A stretch of DNA of 63,536 nucleotides, filler included, from Pelomyxa schiedti (taxonomy: Eukaryota > Protista > Evosea), in assembly GCA_020536535.1 (NCBI GenBank). It is 8 parts of 8 records of this genome, joined end to end, with 100 filler letters (N's around TTAATTAATTAA, not from the genome) between each part and the next. Parts side by side here need not be neighbours in the genome. Positions count along the whole stretch, not along the records: positions 27,490 to 33,897 come from JAHLWZ010001421.1; positions 33,998 to 51,618 come from JAHLWZ010001128.1; 6 more parts are not named here. One strand, written 5' to 3'. The notes beneath the pieces are model-generated. The model did not search any database, was not told the origin of the DNA, and saw only the letters and a list, made by a program, of their open reading frames with translations. Of this stretch, positions 27,499 through 39,877 are shown piece after piece. A program made the translations under genes and the position numbers. Numbering within the stretch: position 1 is the stretch's first letter; each line of letters opens with the position of its first letter.

Positions 27499-29394
27499 AT
27501 GTCATCAAAGGGCACGTCTCGAGGGTCCGGCTCCAAGCGCCAACAGAGGCGACGCCTTACTACAGCCCAACGTAACACCCTCCACAGCAACAACACCCAA
27601 CAACCGCCGCCGCAACCACCTCTCCCAACACAGACACCAACACAACCGCAACCAGCACCACCCCCCCAACAACGCAATCAGCATCAGCAGCAGCAGCAAG
27701 TACCGCAACCAACACTAACACCAGCCCAACGGAAACTACTGGAACGAAACCCATTCGAGGGTATGCCAGAATTCGAGGGCATCCCGCCACCAACGGTAGA
27801 TGACCTCATGGCGATCTACACGATGCTCCAAGCCGGCGGCGCCAACCTGCCGCCACTAATTCCAAGTTCGACTCCAGGTGAATCGGCGGGTGGAAGCAAG
27901 CGCGCGAAGGCGTCGGTTCACATCGACGCACGTCGCCAGTACATCGCGCTGGCCACTGCTTGTAACCCACGCTGCGGGTCTCGAAGCGGGGCGAGGCTTA
28001 TGTCGACCATAACAGGCCACCTGTTCCAGCAATTGTGGTTCGACTGGATCAGGGGCACCGAGCTGGCGCTATTTGCGTCCGTGTGGAAGATCCCAGAGGC
28101 CGAGGCCGACGAGATATCACGCATACCACCATCCAGAAGGGCAGCCATTAAGCCCCAAGAAAGCTACATGGCCGACGCGGCCTGCTTCGGGGTGTCCCTG
28201 CTGACCCTCGGCATCACCACCCACGCAATCGAACTCATGGACGACGGCATCATGAAGGCCGACCTCAACCGCAGCGTGGTGCTCCAGAAGCAGCCCACCC
28301 TCGAGCTCTGGGACGCCGGCCGGGCCAAGGGCCCCAGGGAGATGGCCATCTGCGACGCCTCCTCCATGACCCAGGTCACCCACTTCGCGGCCAACGACGA
28401 GTGGGTGCTGTTCGCGGGCGCCGGCACCCGCCGGCAGGTCCCCCCGGTCCGCGGCTACTCCGCGGGATACGAGGCCATCGGCATAGTGGACATAGACCAG
28501 GGGAGGCTGGAGCCGCGCTGGGCCGCCAGGCACGTGCACCCCGTTCTGGTCCCGGTCCCCGGCCGCCTGGGCAGGTCCGCCGTGCTGCGGCTCGACTTCT
28601 TCCTCGGGGAGCCCATGGTCACGTTCTTTGAGGACGCGGGGGACGGCAGCGGCGACGTGATTTTCTGGTGCTCAGCGTTCGCGCCGATCGAGTCGTGCCA
28701 GTCTGGCATGCTCGTGTCTGACCACTCGTCGTGCTTTGGGCTGCCTCGCGGGTGCTCCCTGGAGTGCGTGGCGAGGCTGAGGAAGAGGGACGGCGAGTGC
28801 ATCTTGATTGTGGGAACCAACAGGCCTGTGGGTACCCGAGACAGGTTCATTGAGGTTCCGGAGGGTCACTGTTTCCCAAGGAGCAACAGTATAAGGAATC
28901 TCCGCACGATGGGCACTGACTTGGTCACAGTCAGTGACTCCTTGTTTGGGCTGTACTCGCCTGGTTGCTCGCCAATCTCGCACTTGTTTGAAGTGTGGGA
29001 TTGCAACGACACATCCAAGCCACTCAAAGTGATACAGCTGGCCACGCAGTTTGTTCTGCCAAGCCTTGGTGCACCTCCAAGTGCCGCAGCAGCGGCAGTG
29101 AAGAAGAACCTGAGGAGGAAGGTTGAGGCGCTTTATGGATTTCTGTTTCACTGGGTGGACAACAAGTTGCATGTGATTGAAGCAAGATCAGAACTCACTG
29201 TTATCACTCTCGATTTGCCCAGGTATTGCACCCAAAACCAACCCTATTGGGTTATTTATACCAAAATTCACAAACCATTCCCAGGGGTGATGATTCTTCA
29301 GCAGCCTGGGTTCCTGGACTTCATGTGTGGTGTCCTTACCCTCTCCATAGGCGCATCACCCCCTGATCATGTTTCTAAGAAAAACGAAAAATGA
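27499..29394 (+). CDS. Intronless RCG/SPAR-motif family protein (member 5) with Q/P-rich N-terminal extension
   Basis: 631-aa ORF; DARRQYIALATACNPRCGSRSGARLM..LWFDW; LVTVSDSLF..FEVWDCND..PLKVI..GFLFH. Confidence 0.87.
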   Translation: MSSKGTSRGSGSKRQQRRRLTTAQRNTLHSNNTQQPPPQPPLPTQTPTQPQPAPPPQQRNQHQQQQQVPQPTLTPAQRKLLERNPFEGMPEFEGIPPPTVDDLMAIYTMLQAGGANLPPLIPSSTPGESAGGSKRAKASVHIDARRQYIALATACNPRCGSRSGARLMSTITGHLFQQLWFDWIRGTELALFASVWKIPEAEADEISRIPPSRRAAIKPQESYMADAACFGVSLLTLGITTHAIELMDDGIMKADLNRSVVLQKQPTLELWDAGRAKGPREMAICDASSMTQVTHFAANDEWVLFAGAGTRRQVPPVRGYSAGYEAIGIVDIDQGRLEPRWAARHVHPVLVPVPGRLGRSAVLRLDFFLGEPMVTFFEDAGDGSGDVIFWCSAFAPIESCQSGMLVSDHSSCFGLPRGCSLECVARLRKRDGECILIVGTNRPVGTRDRFIEVPEGHCFPRSNSIRNLRTMGTDLVTVSDSLFGLYSPGCSPISHLFEVWDCNDTSKPLKVIQLATQFVLPSLGAPPSAAAAAVKKNLRRKVEALYGFLFHWVDNKLHVIEARSELTVITLDLPRYCTQNQPYWVIYTKIHKPFPGVMILQQPGFLDFMCGVLTLSIGASPPDHVSKKNEK

Positions 29395-29415
29395 TTTTTT
29401 GAAGATAAACAATCG

Positions 29416-32400
29416 ATGTCGTTGACTTTCCCTTACGAAGCCGTGGTGTCATTTACACAGATCCCGCTCCCAGAGCGGGTGGCAGGCCCACCACTCCACG
29501 ACATTACAACGAGGAGGCGGGGGCCGCATGTGCGGCGGGGGGACGGGGAGGTCGACGTGGACTGCGTCGTGGTGGGGAGCGAGGCCACGGTGGGCGCGGT
29601 GATGGCGGCGCTGGCGAAGGCCCACGGAGCCAAGCCCGTGGGGCCCAACAACCCTGAGGCTGCGGTGGTGTGGTCCCCCGACGGCGACAGATCGGTCGTC
29701 CTTCACCGGTCCCATGGCAAGAGGCTGGGGCCATCCCACACTGATGGCCCAGAAAGGTTTGCGTTTCTCTGGGATTCATTGAGCTCGTTTTTTTTTTTTT
29801 TTTTTTTTTTTTGGTTTTTTTTTTTTTTTTTTTTTTTTTTGGTGTTGGTGCGTGCATGCACTCCTTTTGGGGTATCCAGTCCTGTTACGTACCTGTCTAA
29901 ACTATTGCAGGAAGATGGTGGTCCTGATTGTGTATTCTACTTTGAGTGTGGAATTGTTTGCGAACCCTCTTGTTGGCTTGGTGAGAAACCCTTCTGATCC
30001 AAGCCAGCCTACTTTCCTTCTGGCTGACTGCACTGGCCTCAATCCTTCTGAGGAGGTTACAATAGGCAAGAAAGTTCACACAATGGATGCCCTCCATTTT
30101 GGATTTGCTGTGTGTCAATTTTTTTTTCTATTTTCTTCTAACATTTTCAAACAAAGTTATGTGCATTTAAGTTGCTCAAGTTCGAGAACACTAATGCCTT
30201 GGCGGAGCTATTCTCTCATATTTGGGATGCCTCAGAACAACAACCATATGTATTGGCTGGAGGCCACGATTAAAAAACTGCGTCAGTATCAGCCAATACA
30301 ACAGGTTGGGGTGGAACTTCCCATTACTGAAGTGACAGAAATTGCCCATGCAACTCCGCAAATTGCACACACAATCACACAATTCACCCTCCTTCATGCT
30401 CCTCATTTGCTCCTCAACACAGTTCAAATGATGCTTGACACCTGGATACGAACAAAAAACTGGGCTGCAATCCAGGTGATACAACTTGCGCGGTCTGTCA
30501 TGGAACAGAGATGCATTTCTGCTTCCTTGAACGGCCCCATTCCTGAGCAATTGAGGGGTTTCTCATGCCACCTGCAATTGAGGTGTTTCCACATCAATAG
30601 GCTTCCGAGGTGGACACTTGAAAACCCCAATGTTCTTCTGAGCACTGAGACATGTAACATTAGCTCTAGTGGAAATCAAAAGCTGACTCCAACAAACATA
30701 CGCAAACTTGTGCTTGTTGGTGACAGTGGTGTTGGGAAAACGACGTTGCTCAAGTGCATGATCCAGAAGAAGAAGGTGATCACAATTCAAAAGCAGAATG
30801 CTCCCACAGATGGGATTGAGAGGCACAACTTGAGGTTCAAAAAAGGGAAGACTGGCTTCAAGTGGACTGTGTGGGACCTTGGTGTGTTTCGTTTTGTTCC
30901 GCTTTCAGAGTGTCACAGTCGCTAATTTCGATCACACACAAACAGGTGGTTACACACCGTTCCATCCATGTTACATGTGCAGCAGATCCATTTTCATTGT
31001 TGTGTTTGATGTCCGTGAAGCAATTGCAGTGGAACCACCACAGAGGCCAAGACTGTATTATTGGTTGAACGAAATTGCTGTTGCTCAGAGCAGATCCATG
31101 AGAAGCTTTGAACAAGCACAGGTTTTACTTGTTGGGACACATGTGGAACCTCACTTGTTTGAAGATGCTGTTCAGCTGGTGAGCAAAATCGCCTGCAGGG
31201 AAGTTCCATTTTGCATCCCAGTGGTTTTCTTGCTTGGATTCAAAGGGGAAGCATGGAGGTACAGGTTCACAGACCCCAAACCCAAACCCATCGGTCAACC
31301 AGTTCAAGAGATTGTTGATATCTTGGAAAATGAGCTTCCAGACACCAGTTTATCAGATGATGGAGTGCTGAAAAGTGTTCCACAAAGTTGGATGATGGTG
31401 AACAAAGAGCTGAAAAAGAGAAGAGATAGAACCGACAAAGGTGGTCATCATGATGGTGACAGTGGTTACATGGAGTGGTCACAGTTTGTTGAACTGGCAA
31501 AGCAGTGTGGCGTGGGGAGGCACAAGCTGGCACGTCAAGAGATTGAGACGTGTGCCAACTTCTTGTATGACATCGGCACCATCATTCACTTCAGGCACCC
31601 GTTCTTGCCCCTTTCAAGCAACCGATTGTCCACTTCACGGATGCACAGGATGGCTGATTGGGTGGCTCTTGATCTCAATTGGAAGAACGCATCCAATGCT
31701 CTGCGTGTAATTACTTTACGTGGTGTTGCAGATACTTTCGGGGTGCCCCAGTATGAAAGTGAGGGGAGTGCATCATCAGCAATGAACGAGGCACTTGCAA
31801 GGTTTGAAGCCATTGTCGAGCTGGAGAAAGCCCCTCAACAGGAGTTTCGGTTCTTCTCATTCTTTGCAGGTTCCAATGGATACCCTGAAGTATCTGCATC
31901 ACACTTAATTGGGTTCTGGAGCCAAACATACCATAATTGCAAAGTACAAGGAAGGGTAATCACATTTCCACTACTTCCACCAGAAGTTTTCTTCAAAGTC
32001 ATGACAAAGGTATTGAACTCACCTGGTTGGACCCCAACACTGCTTTGCGCGGATGCCCTCATCGTTTCCAGACCCCTTAATCATCCTGATGTCAGTGGTG
32101 ATGTTTTGTTTCTCATGATCCGTGAAGGGAACACAGTTTCCATGTGCTTGCGGTCAGATTGGAAGGGCTACACACCAACCCCTCTGAAGGATTTACCGAC
32201 CATACACACTGGGTTGTGGAGAACCTTACTTGGCATCTTGGAGCAGTTCACAGAAGCAATGTATTATCAACGTGAAGAAAGGGCTTCTTTCCCATGGGAG
32301 AACAAGTTTGAATCTTCACTGGCTTGCCCTCATTGCTTGCTGAATTTTGTTGTGTCTCCAAAAAGTGGGGATGTATTGACCTCAGCTCTCTCCACCAAGA

Positions 32401-33654
32401 CTGGAAAAATATCGGCGTTCCCAAAGGAAAATGTCTCCACTTTTGATCAACGTGAGTTTGTAAAAGCAATGCAGAACGGTGAACAACAACTCACCTGTAA
32501 CAGCACAGAAAGGTGTCAAGTGGATCTAGTTGAAATTGCACCAGATCTGTTCCTTGAAATCACTTCAGGAGTTGCCAAAAACACTCTCACTGAAGTTACA
32601 AGAGCCGAGAGTTGTTACAACACCATGCTGAAATTTATTTCTTACGTGAAGCTGGTGCAATGCATGCCACACCATGACAACGTGGCACAGGTATCCTCCG
32701 TCCACTTTCAACCATCACCAGGAGTGGTAATGGAGTCACCTTCAGTCCCCCATCCCGAATTAGTTCTTGGCAAATCCTTCATCAGTTTGGGGGAGTTGGT
32801 ATCCATTCTCATTGAGAAGGGGAACAACACAACAACAGAATTGGACCGTGTCATTCCACACCACCTGAGAGAAAAGATTCTTCTTGATGTTGCAGAGGGT
32901 TTGAATCACCTTCACAGCCAATCACCACCTGTTGTGCACAATGGTGTTCACCCAGGTTCCTCCTCCTCTTCTTGTGTGAAATGAACTCACTTTTTACACT
33001 CACCAGGTGGTATCCTTGTTTTCTCTTTGGATGAATCAGGTCCTGGCCCTCTGGCAAAAGTTTTTCCCAACGTGCACCTTGTATTACCTTAACAAAACAT
33101 AACAGATAAGTCTCTCTGAAAATACCAAGGACTTGTTCCTTGGAACAACAAGAGGCATTGCCGGCAATCCTGATATTAGTTTCCACGCACCAGAGGTTCT
33201 TTGCAAGACATTTTACAACACAAAAGCAGACATCTGGAGCTTCGGTATGATGAACTAAATCAAAACCTTCTCTGACAACAACAAAAACAAAAACAACAAC
33301 AAACCCAAAGGCACACTTGTGTGGAAGCTTCACAACCCACTCTCCATGCTTTTTGGGCACCTCATGAACAACGCGCTTTACACCGAGACGAAATACACAT
33401 CAACGATGGGTGTGTATTCCACCGTTCTCAGCCCACAACAGATCGGACGTGGACTCGTCGACGGTCACATCAGAATGGAATCAGAGTTGTTCCGTCCTGA
33501 GCGGCGCCACTGCTGTTCTCCCACAATGATGACTCCTCGATGGGCCCGCCAGGTGGTGTCTCTGTGCTGTGTTGTTGATCCTGCACTCAGGCCCACAATG
33601 ATTGGTATCCGCAAGGCATGGTCCTTCTTCAATCCTGGTGCTTTGGAGCCGTGA
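29416..33654 (+). CDS. Roco protein: Roc GTPase-COR-degenerate kinase, multi-exon
   Basis: KLVLVGDSGVGKTTL, PTDGI, TVWDLGG, IFIVVFD, YWLNEI, LLVGTH; COR features (CANFLYDIGTIIHF); kinase C-lobe ILLDVAEGLNHLHSQSPPVVH, FHAPEVL, TKADIWSFG. Confidence 0.85.
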
Positions 33655-33700
33655 TTTACGATAAGTTACGTTTATGATGATTTTCAGAAACATCAAAATT

Positions 33701-33897
33701 ATGTTTCGCGCACCACGAGTAGTACATCAACCAAGCAACGTTGGGAGTGACCGACCCAATGTTTGGACCATCGAATCGCACACTGTTTTTAAGGAACAAA
33801 TGTTGGCGTTTATGATGTCGTCGCACGCTCGGTGTGGCGCGAGCAGCGCGGCGTCTGCCCTCACATCCCACAATGCGCCCCTCGCGAGGTTGTGGGT
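33701..33897 (+). CDS. RCG/SPAR-motif family member 6, 5' fragment (gap-truncated)
   Basis: FKEQMLAFMMSSHARCGASSAASAL..LARLW. Confidence 0.75.
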
Positions 33898-33997
33898 NNN
33901 NNNNNNNNNNNNNNNNNNNNNNNNNNNNNNNNNNNNNNNNNTTAATTAATTAANNNNNNNNNNNNNNNNNNNNNNNNNNNNNNNNNNNNNNNNNNNN

Positions 33998-34993
33998 ACT
34001 TATATGAATAGGGTGATGACGAGGCATCTGCACACGGGAATGAGCAACCCGAGGACTTCAACAATGCAGAGTACGCTGCTTCTTTTGATGTCTTCTTCCT
34101 AACTGCACAAAGAACCTTCTCCATCCCTCAATTCTCTATAACTAGCCAGGCTCCCTCTCCTCCTCACACCTCTTCTGTATTACCCTGTCCACTTTAGTTT
34201 TTTTTTTATAACCATTTGTCTAGTCCTCGTTTCGAACAACTCAGGGCACTTATGGCATGTATGCTTACATTTATGTACTCAGTGCCAGAAATGTTAACTA
34301 ATTGCAGGTCTTCCCTCTCTACTCCCAGCCGGCCGATTACTAGTGTCCCCATGTCCGAACCTGTGGAAGAAGGATATGCACCATTCGAATCTGGCGTATC
34401 TAGCACCATAACACCTCACGACGCACAGCAAGGACGTGCCAATCCAGGATGGGATAGGCAGCTGCCCAAACAAATATCCCCAACAGCTGTAACTGTGTCA
34501 GGGTTTCCCCCAGAATCAATACAAGATATGCGGCAGCATTTCTCCGATTACGGAACCATCATCAAAATCCTGCATTCTGGCAAAGCCAACTTTATGGAAA
34601 TAGTGTAGGTTTCCCATAACTTTTACACACTAATAACCATTTTCCGATTAGTTACGATAATGAAGAGAGTGCCCACAACTCACTGCAATCTGATGGAATC
34701 CTATACGGTGAATACATGATAAATGTCAGACCCACACAACCAACCCCCAGCCAACACTCCGCATCCACGCCGCCAAGCCAACAACCAGCATCCACATCCA
34801 CATCCACAACAGCAACGATGATACCCGCACAGCAACCCACGACGATTCTAATTGCCGGGTATCACACCCCCTATCCCTCTATCTTATTCTAACAACGCAC
34901 AACAAACTGTGTAGGGACAGGCCATCACTAACGGGTGCCGTGGAAGACAACGGCTGGTGGGCTACAATTAAAAGTTCACTGCTAGGCTGGTGA
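33998..34993 (+). CDS. NUP35: Nucleoporin Nup35/Nup53 (5' part in gap)
   Basis: Nup53-type RRM: AVTVSGFPPES..QHFSDYGTII..ANFMEIVYDNEESAHNSLQSDG..YMINVRP. C-terminal amphipathic helix NGWWATIKSSLLGW*, comparable to human ..EYMFGW*. Confidence 0.85.
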
Positions 34994-35078
34994 TGTTGTG
35001 TGACCAACCCAAAAAAAAGATGCCTCCTCGTTCTTTTTTTTTCCCCTAAGCATCACCCCGAAATATTTCCGGTCTTGC

Positions 35079-38000
35079 ATGAAGCAGCGCACACTATCGT
35101 ACGGGCGCCGCTGCTGTCGTTGTTGTTGTTGTTGTTGTTGTTTGTGGTCGCTAACGTACCGCAGGTCATTCTTCAAGCCTCTGCCGCCACCAGCAGCCTC
35201 GTCGACAACAAACGACGATGCCGCCGCCGCCGCAGCAGCAGCAGCAGGCACAACCACAACCACCACCACCAGCACGAGCACCAGCACCGGGGGGGACGAC
35301 GACGCGTCGGCTACGACTACCACCAGCAGCAGCAGCAGCAGCACAGGCACCGGCGGGGTGGGCCACCCCCAGGAGGAGGAGGTGGCCGAGGGGGATGGTG
35401 GGGATGGCGGCACTCTGTCAAGGGAAGCAGGGGGAGGAGGTGGTGGCGGTGGCGGGCTGGGGGCAGCGCAGGGTGCGGGTGGGGGAGGGCGAGGGGACTC
35501 TGGGGGCACACCCCCTAGGAGGAAGAGGCCACCTGTGCACTCCACCGCCGCAACTGTATGTGTAGTAGTAGCCTAGCCACACCCCCCCCCCCACCACCCC
35601 TGCTCCCACTAACGCGCGCACACACACATTTACTATTTACTATTCACGCGTCTATGTCGCTATTTTGTGTAGCACCCCAAACTCGTTGTTGGGGGGGGTT
35701 TGGGTGCGGCTATGTATGACCACCTACACATTTAGGAAGCAAAAGCTGTAACCCACAAGAAAAGAAAGGTTAAGCACCAGCCCCACACCCCTTATTCAAA
35801 GTCCAGCGCAAGTGTAGACCATACTCCTGATCCAGAGGTTGCTGCTAAACAAGGTATGCCCCAAACAACAAAGAAGAACCCCTCTCACAACTAAAGCGGC
35901 ACTCGTTGCTGTTCTTTTTGGAGAATCCGAGAATTCATCACCAAAACCCACAGCACCACCTGCGGAACTGGATTGTTCTGTGTTGAATAAAGTAGAAACA
36001 CAACCAAGAACAATGAATGAGATACATAAACCATCAGTAAATGATGCCTCCCAGCAAGAACCTGCCAATCCCGCGGAAGTCGCAGAACTACTATGCCCGG
36101 TTGAACTCCAGCCTGAGCCAAGCGATCCACAACTAGTTGAAGCCCCATCAGTTGAAGAAACATCTGCCAAGTCATTAGAATTGTCTACAACCTCCTCAAC
36201 CTCCACTACAGCAACAACTAGTACTACAACTTCAAGTATGCAAATTGAAGAACAAGGTGAAAGCAGCATGGATGAGGATGATGACGATGAAGAGGTTGAC
36301 ACAGAGGATGAAAAGAAAAATGAAAAGAAAGCACCTTCAACTTCTACAACTACAACAACAACAAAAATTTCTTTGGTGACTCCCTCACGAACACCCATCA
36401 CTGCCCCAGTGAAGCCAGTTGGTGCAACCAAAAAAACTGCTTCCAAGAAAAAGTAAGTCATTTGCCACACTCTTACATTCTCACTAGCCTGCAGGCCAAC
36501 AGTGGTCCTACCATACCACCCGGTGACAGATGCAGGATGGGAAGAAGGCCAATGGTGTGCTATTAAAGATATGTACTAACATTTACAAACATTCAGTGTT
36601 CCATATCGTGTGCTAGCTCAGACATATGCCAATATTGAGGCAACTCCTTCAAGGTACTTCACTGAAATCTTTATAACCCCAACCCAACTTAAGACTCACA
36701 AAGACTGAGTACCTGGCCAATTTGTTCCGATCAGTTTTGTTGTTAAGCCCAAGAAACCTCATACAAGTAGTTTACCTCACAATTGGTCGGGTGTGTAACA
36801 GTCTCTCCCCTACCTGTTTTCACCTCTTTCCATCATAGCTTTCTCCTGAATACACAGGCGAAGAATTGGGTGTTGGTCCCTCAATCCTCATCAAGGCATT
36901 TTTGGTCTGTCCAGTTTTACTGAATAAGTGAAAAAACCAAGGTGATTGCTGACGTGACAGGGAGAAACCAAGCACAAGTCAAGGCTCAACTTCAAACTGT
37001 GGGGGACATTGGCCAAGTGGCTATGGTTATCCCCTTCGTCACTTTCCATTAAGTTACTCTGCTAACAGGCAAACAAACAAACAACGCGAATGATGTATGC
37101 ACCACCACCCTTGACTGTGGAGTCGGTTTTTAATGTAATCACCACTGTCCTTCTTCCATTGCTAAATGTTACTTTCAACAGACGTTGAAGAAAATTGCAG
37201 GTTCAGAAGGCTCGGCAGTAAGAACTTTCCTTCTTTTGTTCTATTCTAAGTTCTTTCGCAGTCAAGAGCAAGAAAACTTGAAAATATTACCAAATTACTT
37301 GTGGCCTGTCAGGAAAATGAATCACGGTACATTATGAGAACTCTACAGGTTACTTGTAACTTGTTAGGGTTTTTTGTTTCACCTCTTCTTGTTTTAGGGC
37401 AAATTTCGTATAGGGTGCAATGTAAAGACTGTTGTTGCGGCACTTGCACGTGCAGTTGTCCAGACACCTCCAAAATGTACGTCAAGCAATCATGAAATCT
37501 GACTCTTAAGATTACTTCAGCCCATCAATTGGGAAAAGACATTATCTTAGATGCACGAAAGGTGATGACCTCTGCCGAATTTGAAGCTCGTGTTACTCAT
37601 ACTCATGAGTTACTTGCAAACGCCTTGAGGTTTTTTTTAAATCTTTTCCCCCGCGATGACTTGATTTGCTAGTTCTCTCCCAAGCTTTGATGCAGTAATA
37701 CCGGTTCTTCTTGGACCAAACGGTGTTGAAGAACTTCCTGTGAAGTGTTGCATCACACCAGGTACTTCATTGTAGAAGGTCTCATCCCGATATATATTTA
37801 TTTTTAGGCATTCCAGTGCACCCTATGTTAGCGCAACCTACCAAGGGAATCTCGGAAATCCTGGACCGCTTGGAGAAGCTTGAATTTACCTGTGAATATA
37901 AATATGATGGAGAACGTGCCCAGGTTTCTTTTTTTTCTGCTTGTAGCAAAAATAAGTTTCACAGGTACATATGGCCGCCGATCACTCTATCAGTATTTTT

Positions 38001-39664
38001 AGTAGGAATCTTGAGAATAACACACAAAAGTTCCCTGACTTGCTCCAGATAGCCAAAAAGGTATCCCTTCAAGTTAACGCATATTGATTGCTTTCTTCAA
38101 GGCAGTAAAAGGAAATGTCAATACATATGTCATAGATTGTGAGGCTGTGGGTTGGGATATTGAAACCAAAAAGCTCCTTCCATTTCAAATTCTTAGTACT
38201 CGTGCCCGCAAAGTAGACCCTTTCTTATATTGTAGGGTTAAGTTTAACATTCGGCAGGCTGTTGACCTGAAGGATGTGAAGATTAGAGCCTGCATATTTG
38301 CTTTTGATATTCTGTACCTCAATGGGCAGGTAGATATTATTCTCCAATGCGACAACTCACTTGATAAGTCTCTTTTAAACAAACCACTCTGTGAACGACG
38401 GGAAATCCTCCATTCTTCGTTCAATCCTTCAGAGGGAGAGTTTCAATTTGCTACCTACAAAAATATTCAAGATACAGCGGACATTCAGCCCTTTTTTGAA
38501 GGTAAAAATCCCTTAAACTTCTTCAAGTAATAAGAAAACAGAGGCAATAAGAAATCAATGCGAAGGACTGATGGTGAAAACGTTGGTCGCTGAATCACAT
38601 TATGAACCCGACAGAAGGTCCTACAATTGGCTCAAGGTGCCTTCATAAACAAAAACTTTTACAACATTAAATATTAACCCAAACGCAGTTGAAAAAAGAC
38701 TACATGGAGGGCATGACAGACTCTGTTGACCTTGTGCCAATTGCAGCATTCTATGGATTGGGAAAGAGAACTGGAGTGTAAGTTCTTTTTTCTCGCAATG
38801 CTTTCTAACTTCTATGCAGTTACGGGGCCTATCTTCTAGCTTGCTATGACCCCGATACAGAACAATTTCAGGCAATGACAAAGGTTTCCTGCACACTCAC
38901 TGCCTTCCCCATTTGTCACCATCACACAGGTTGCTACTGGATTAAGTGATGAAGCGCTCGATACACATCACGAGTTCTTCAAGCAACATACTCTCACTGG
39001 ACCCAAGCCTTACTACAGCGTTGCTCAAGCAGCATCCACAAAGCAACCCGATGTGTGGCTTGATGCGGTACAAGTCTGGGAAGTGAAGGGAGCTGACTTG
39101 ACCATTTCCCCAGCCTACTCNNNNNNNNNNNNNNNNNNNNNNNNNNNNNNNNNNNNNNNNNNNNNNNNNNNNNNNNNNNNNNNNNNNNNNNNNNNNNNNN
39201 NNNNNNNNNNNNNNNNNNNNGACCCAAGCCTTACTACAGCGTTGCTCAAGCAGCATCCACAAAGCAACCCGATGTGTGGCTTGATGCGGTACAAGTCTGG
39301 GAAGTGAAGGGAGCTGACTTGACCATTTCCCCAGCCTACTCAGCCGCCCGCGGATTGGTATTCATTCCCCGCAAAAATTACTCACTCACATTTTCTTCGC
39401 TTCCAGGTGGACGATTCCAAGGGAGTCAGCCTCCGCTTCCCTAGGTTCATCCGCGTAAGGACTGATAAATCCCCTGAGGATGCCACTTCAGCGGAACAAG
39501 TAATTCTATTCTCCACCAAACCGCACCCAAAACCCCTCTCTTACACATGAATCGCGCACCCAACAACCACAACGGCTCAACTGCGCACATTCCAGGTTGC
39601 GGAAATGTATTCAAAACAAGCCCTGTGTATTGCTAACATGAACCGGCACCAGCCTGGCCACTAA
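35079..39664 (+). CDS. LIG1: DNA ligase I (ATP-dependent), multi-exon
   Basis: N-terminal MKQRTL..FFKP PIP-like start; PMLAQP, motif [55 protein letters not shown]. Confidence 0.96.
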
Positions 39665-39877
39665 CCAATTCAATGAAGTACACTTGACACCAAAGCATCA
39701 CGCCTTACAGCACTTCATTTACTGGATACATAGAACATGAAAACACCTGATTTTGTTGAGAAAATTTTCTCTTTTTCTTTGTACAGTTAGAGGGAACAAT
39801 ACACACATAAATAAAGCGGAGGTGTTTGTGGGATGTGATAGGGGTCACGTAGGATAGTGGGTGCGGTGATTGTGCAA

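Noticed and set aside
29788-29841. Long poly-T tract in the Roco gene, possibly a retro-insertion poly(A) tail
   Set aside because: It lies inside an apparent intron (after PE|R) with no element body or TSD; best treated as an intronic homopolymer.
39000-39341. Exact ~121-nt direct repeat inside LIG1 on either side of a 100-N gap
   Set aside because: These are overlapping contig ends left unmerged; collapsing them restores a normal ligase exon.
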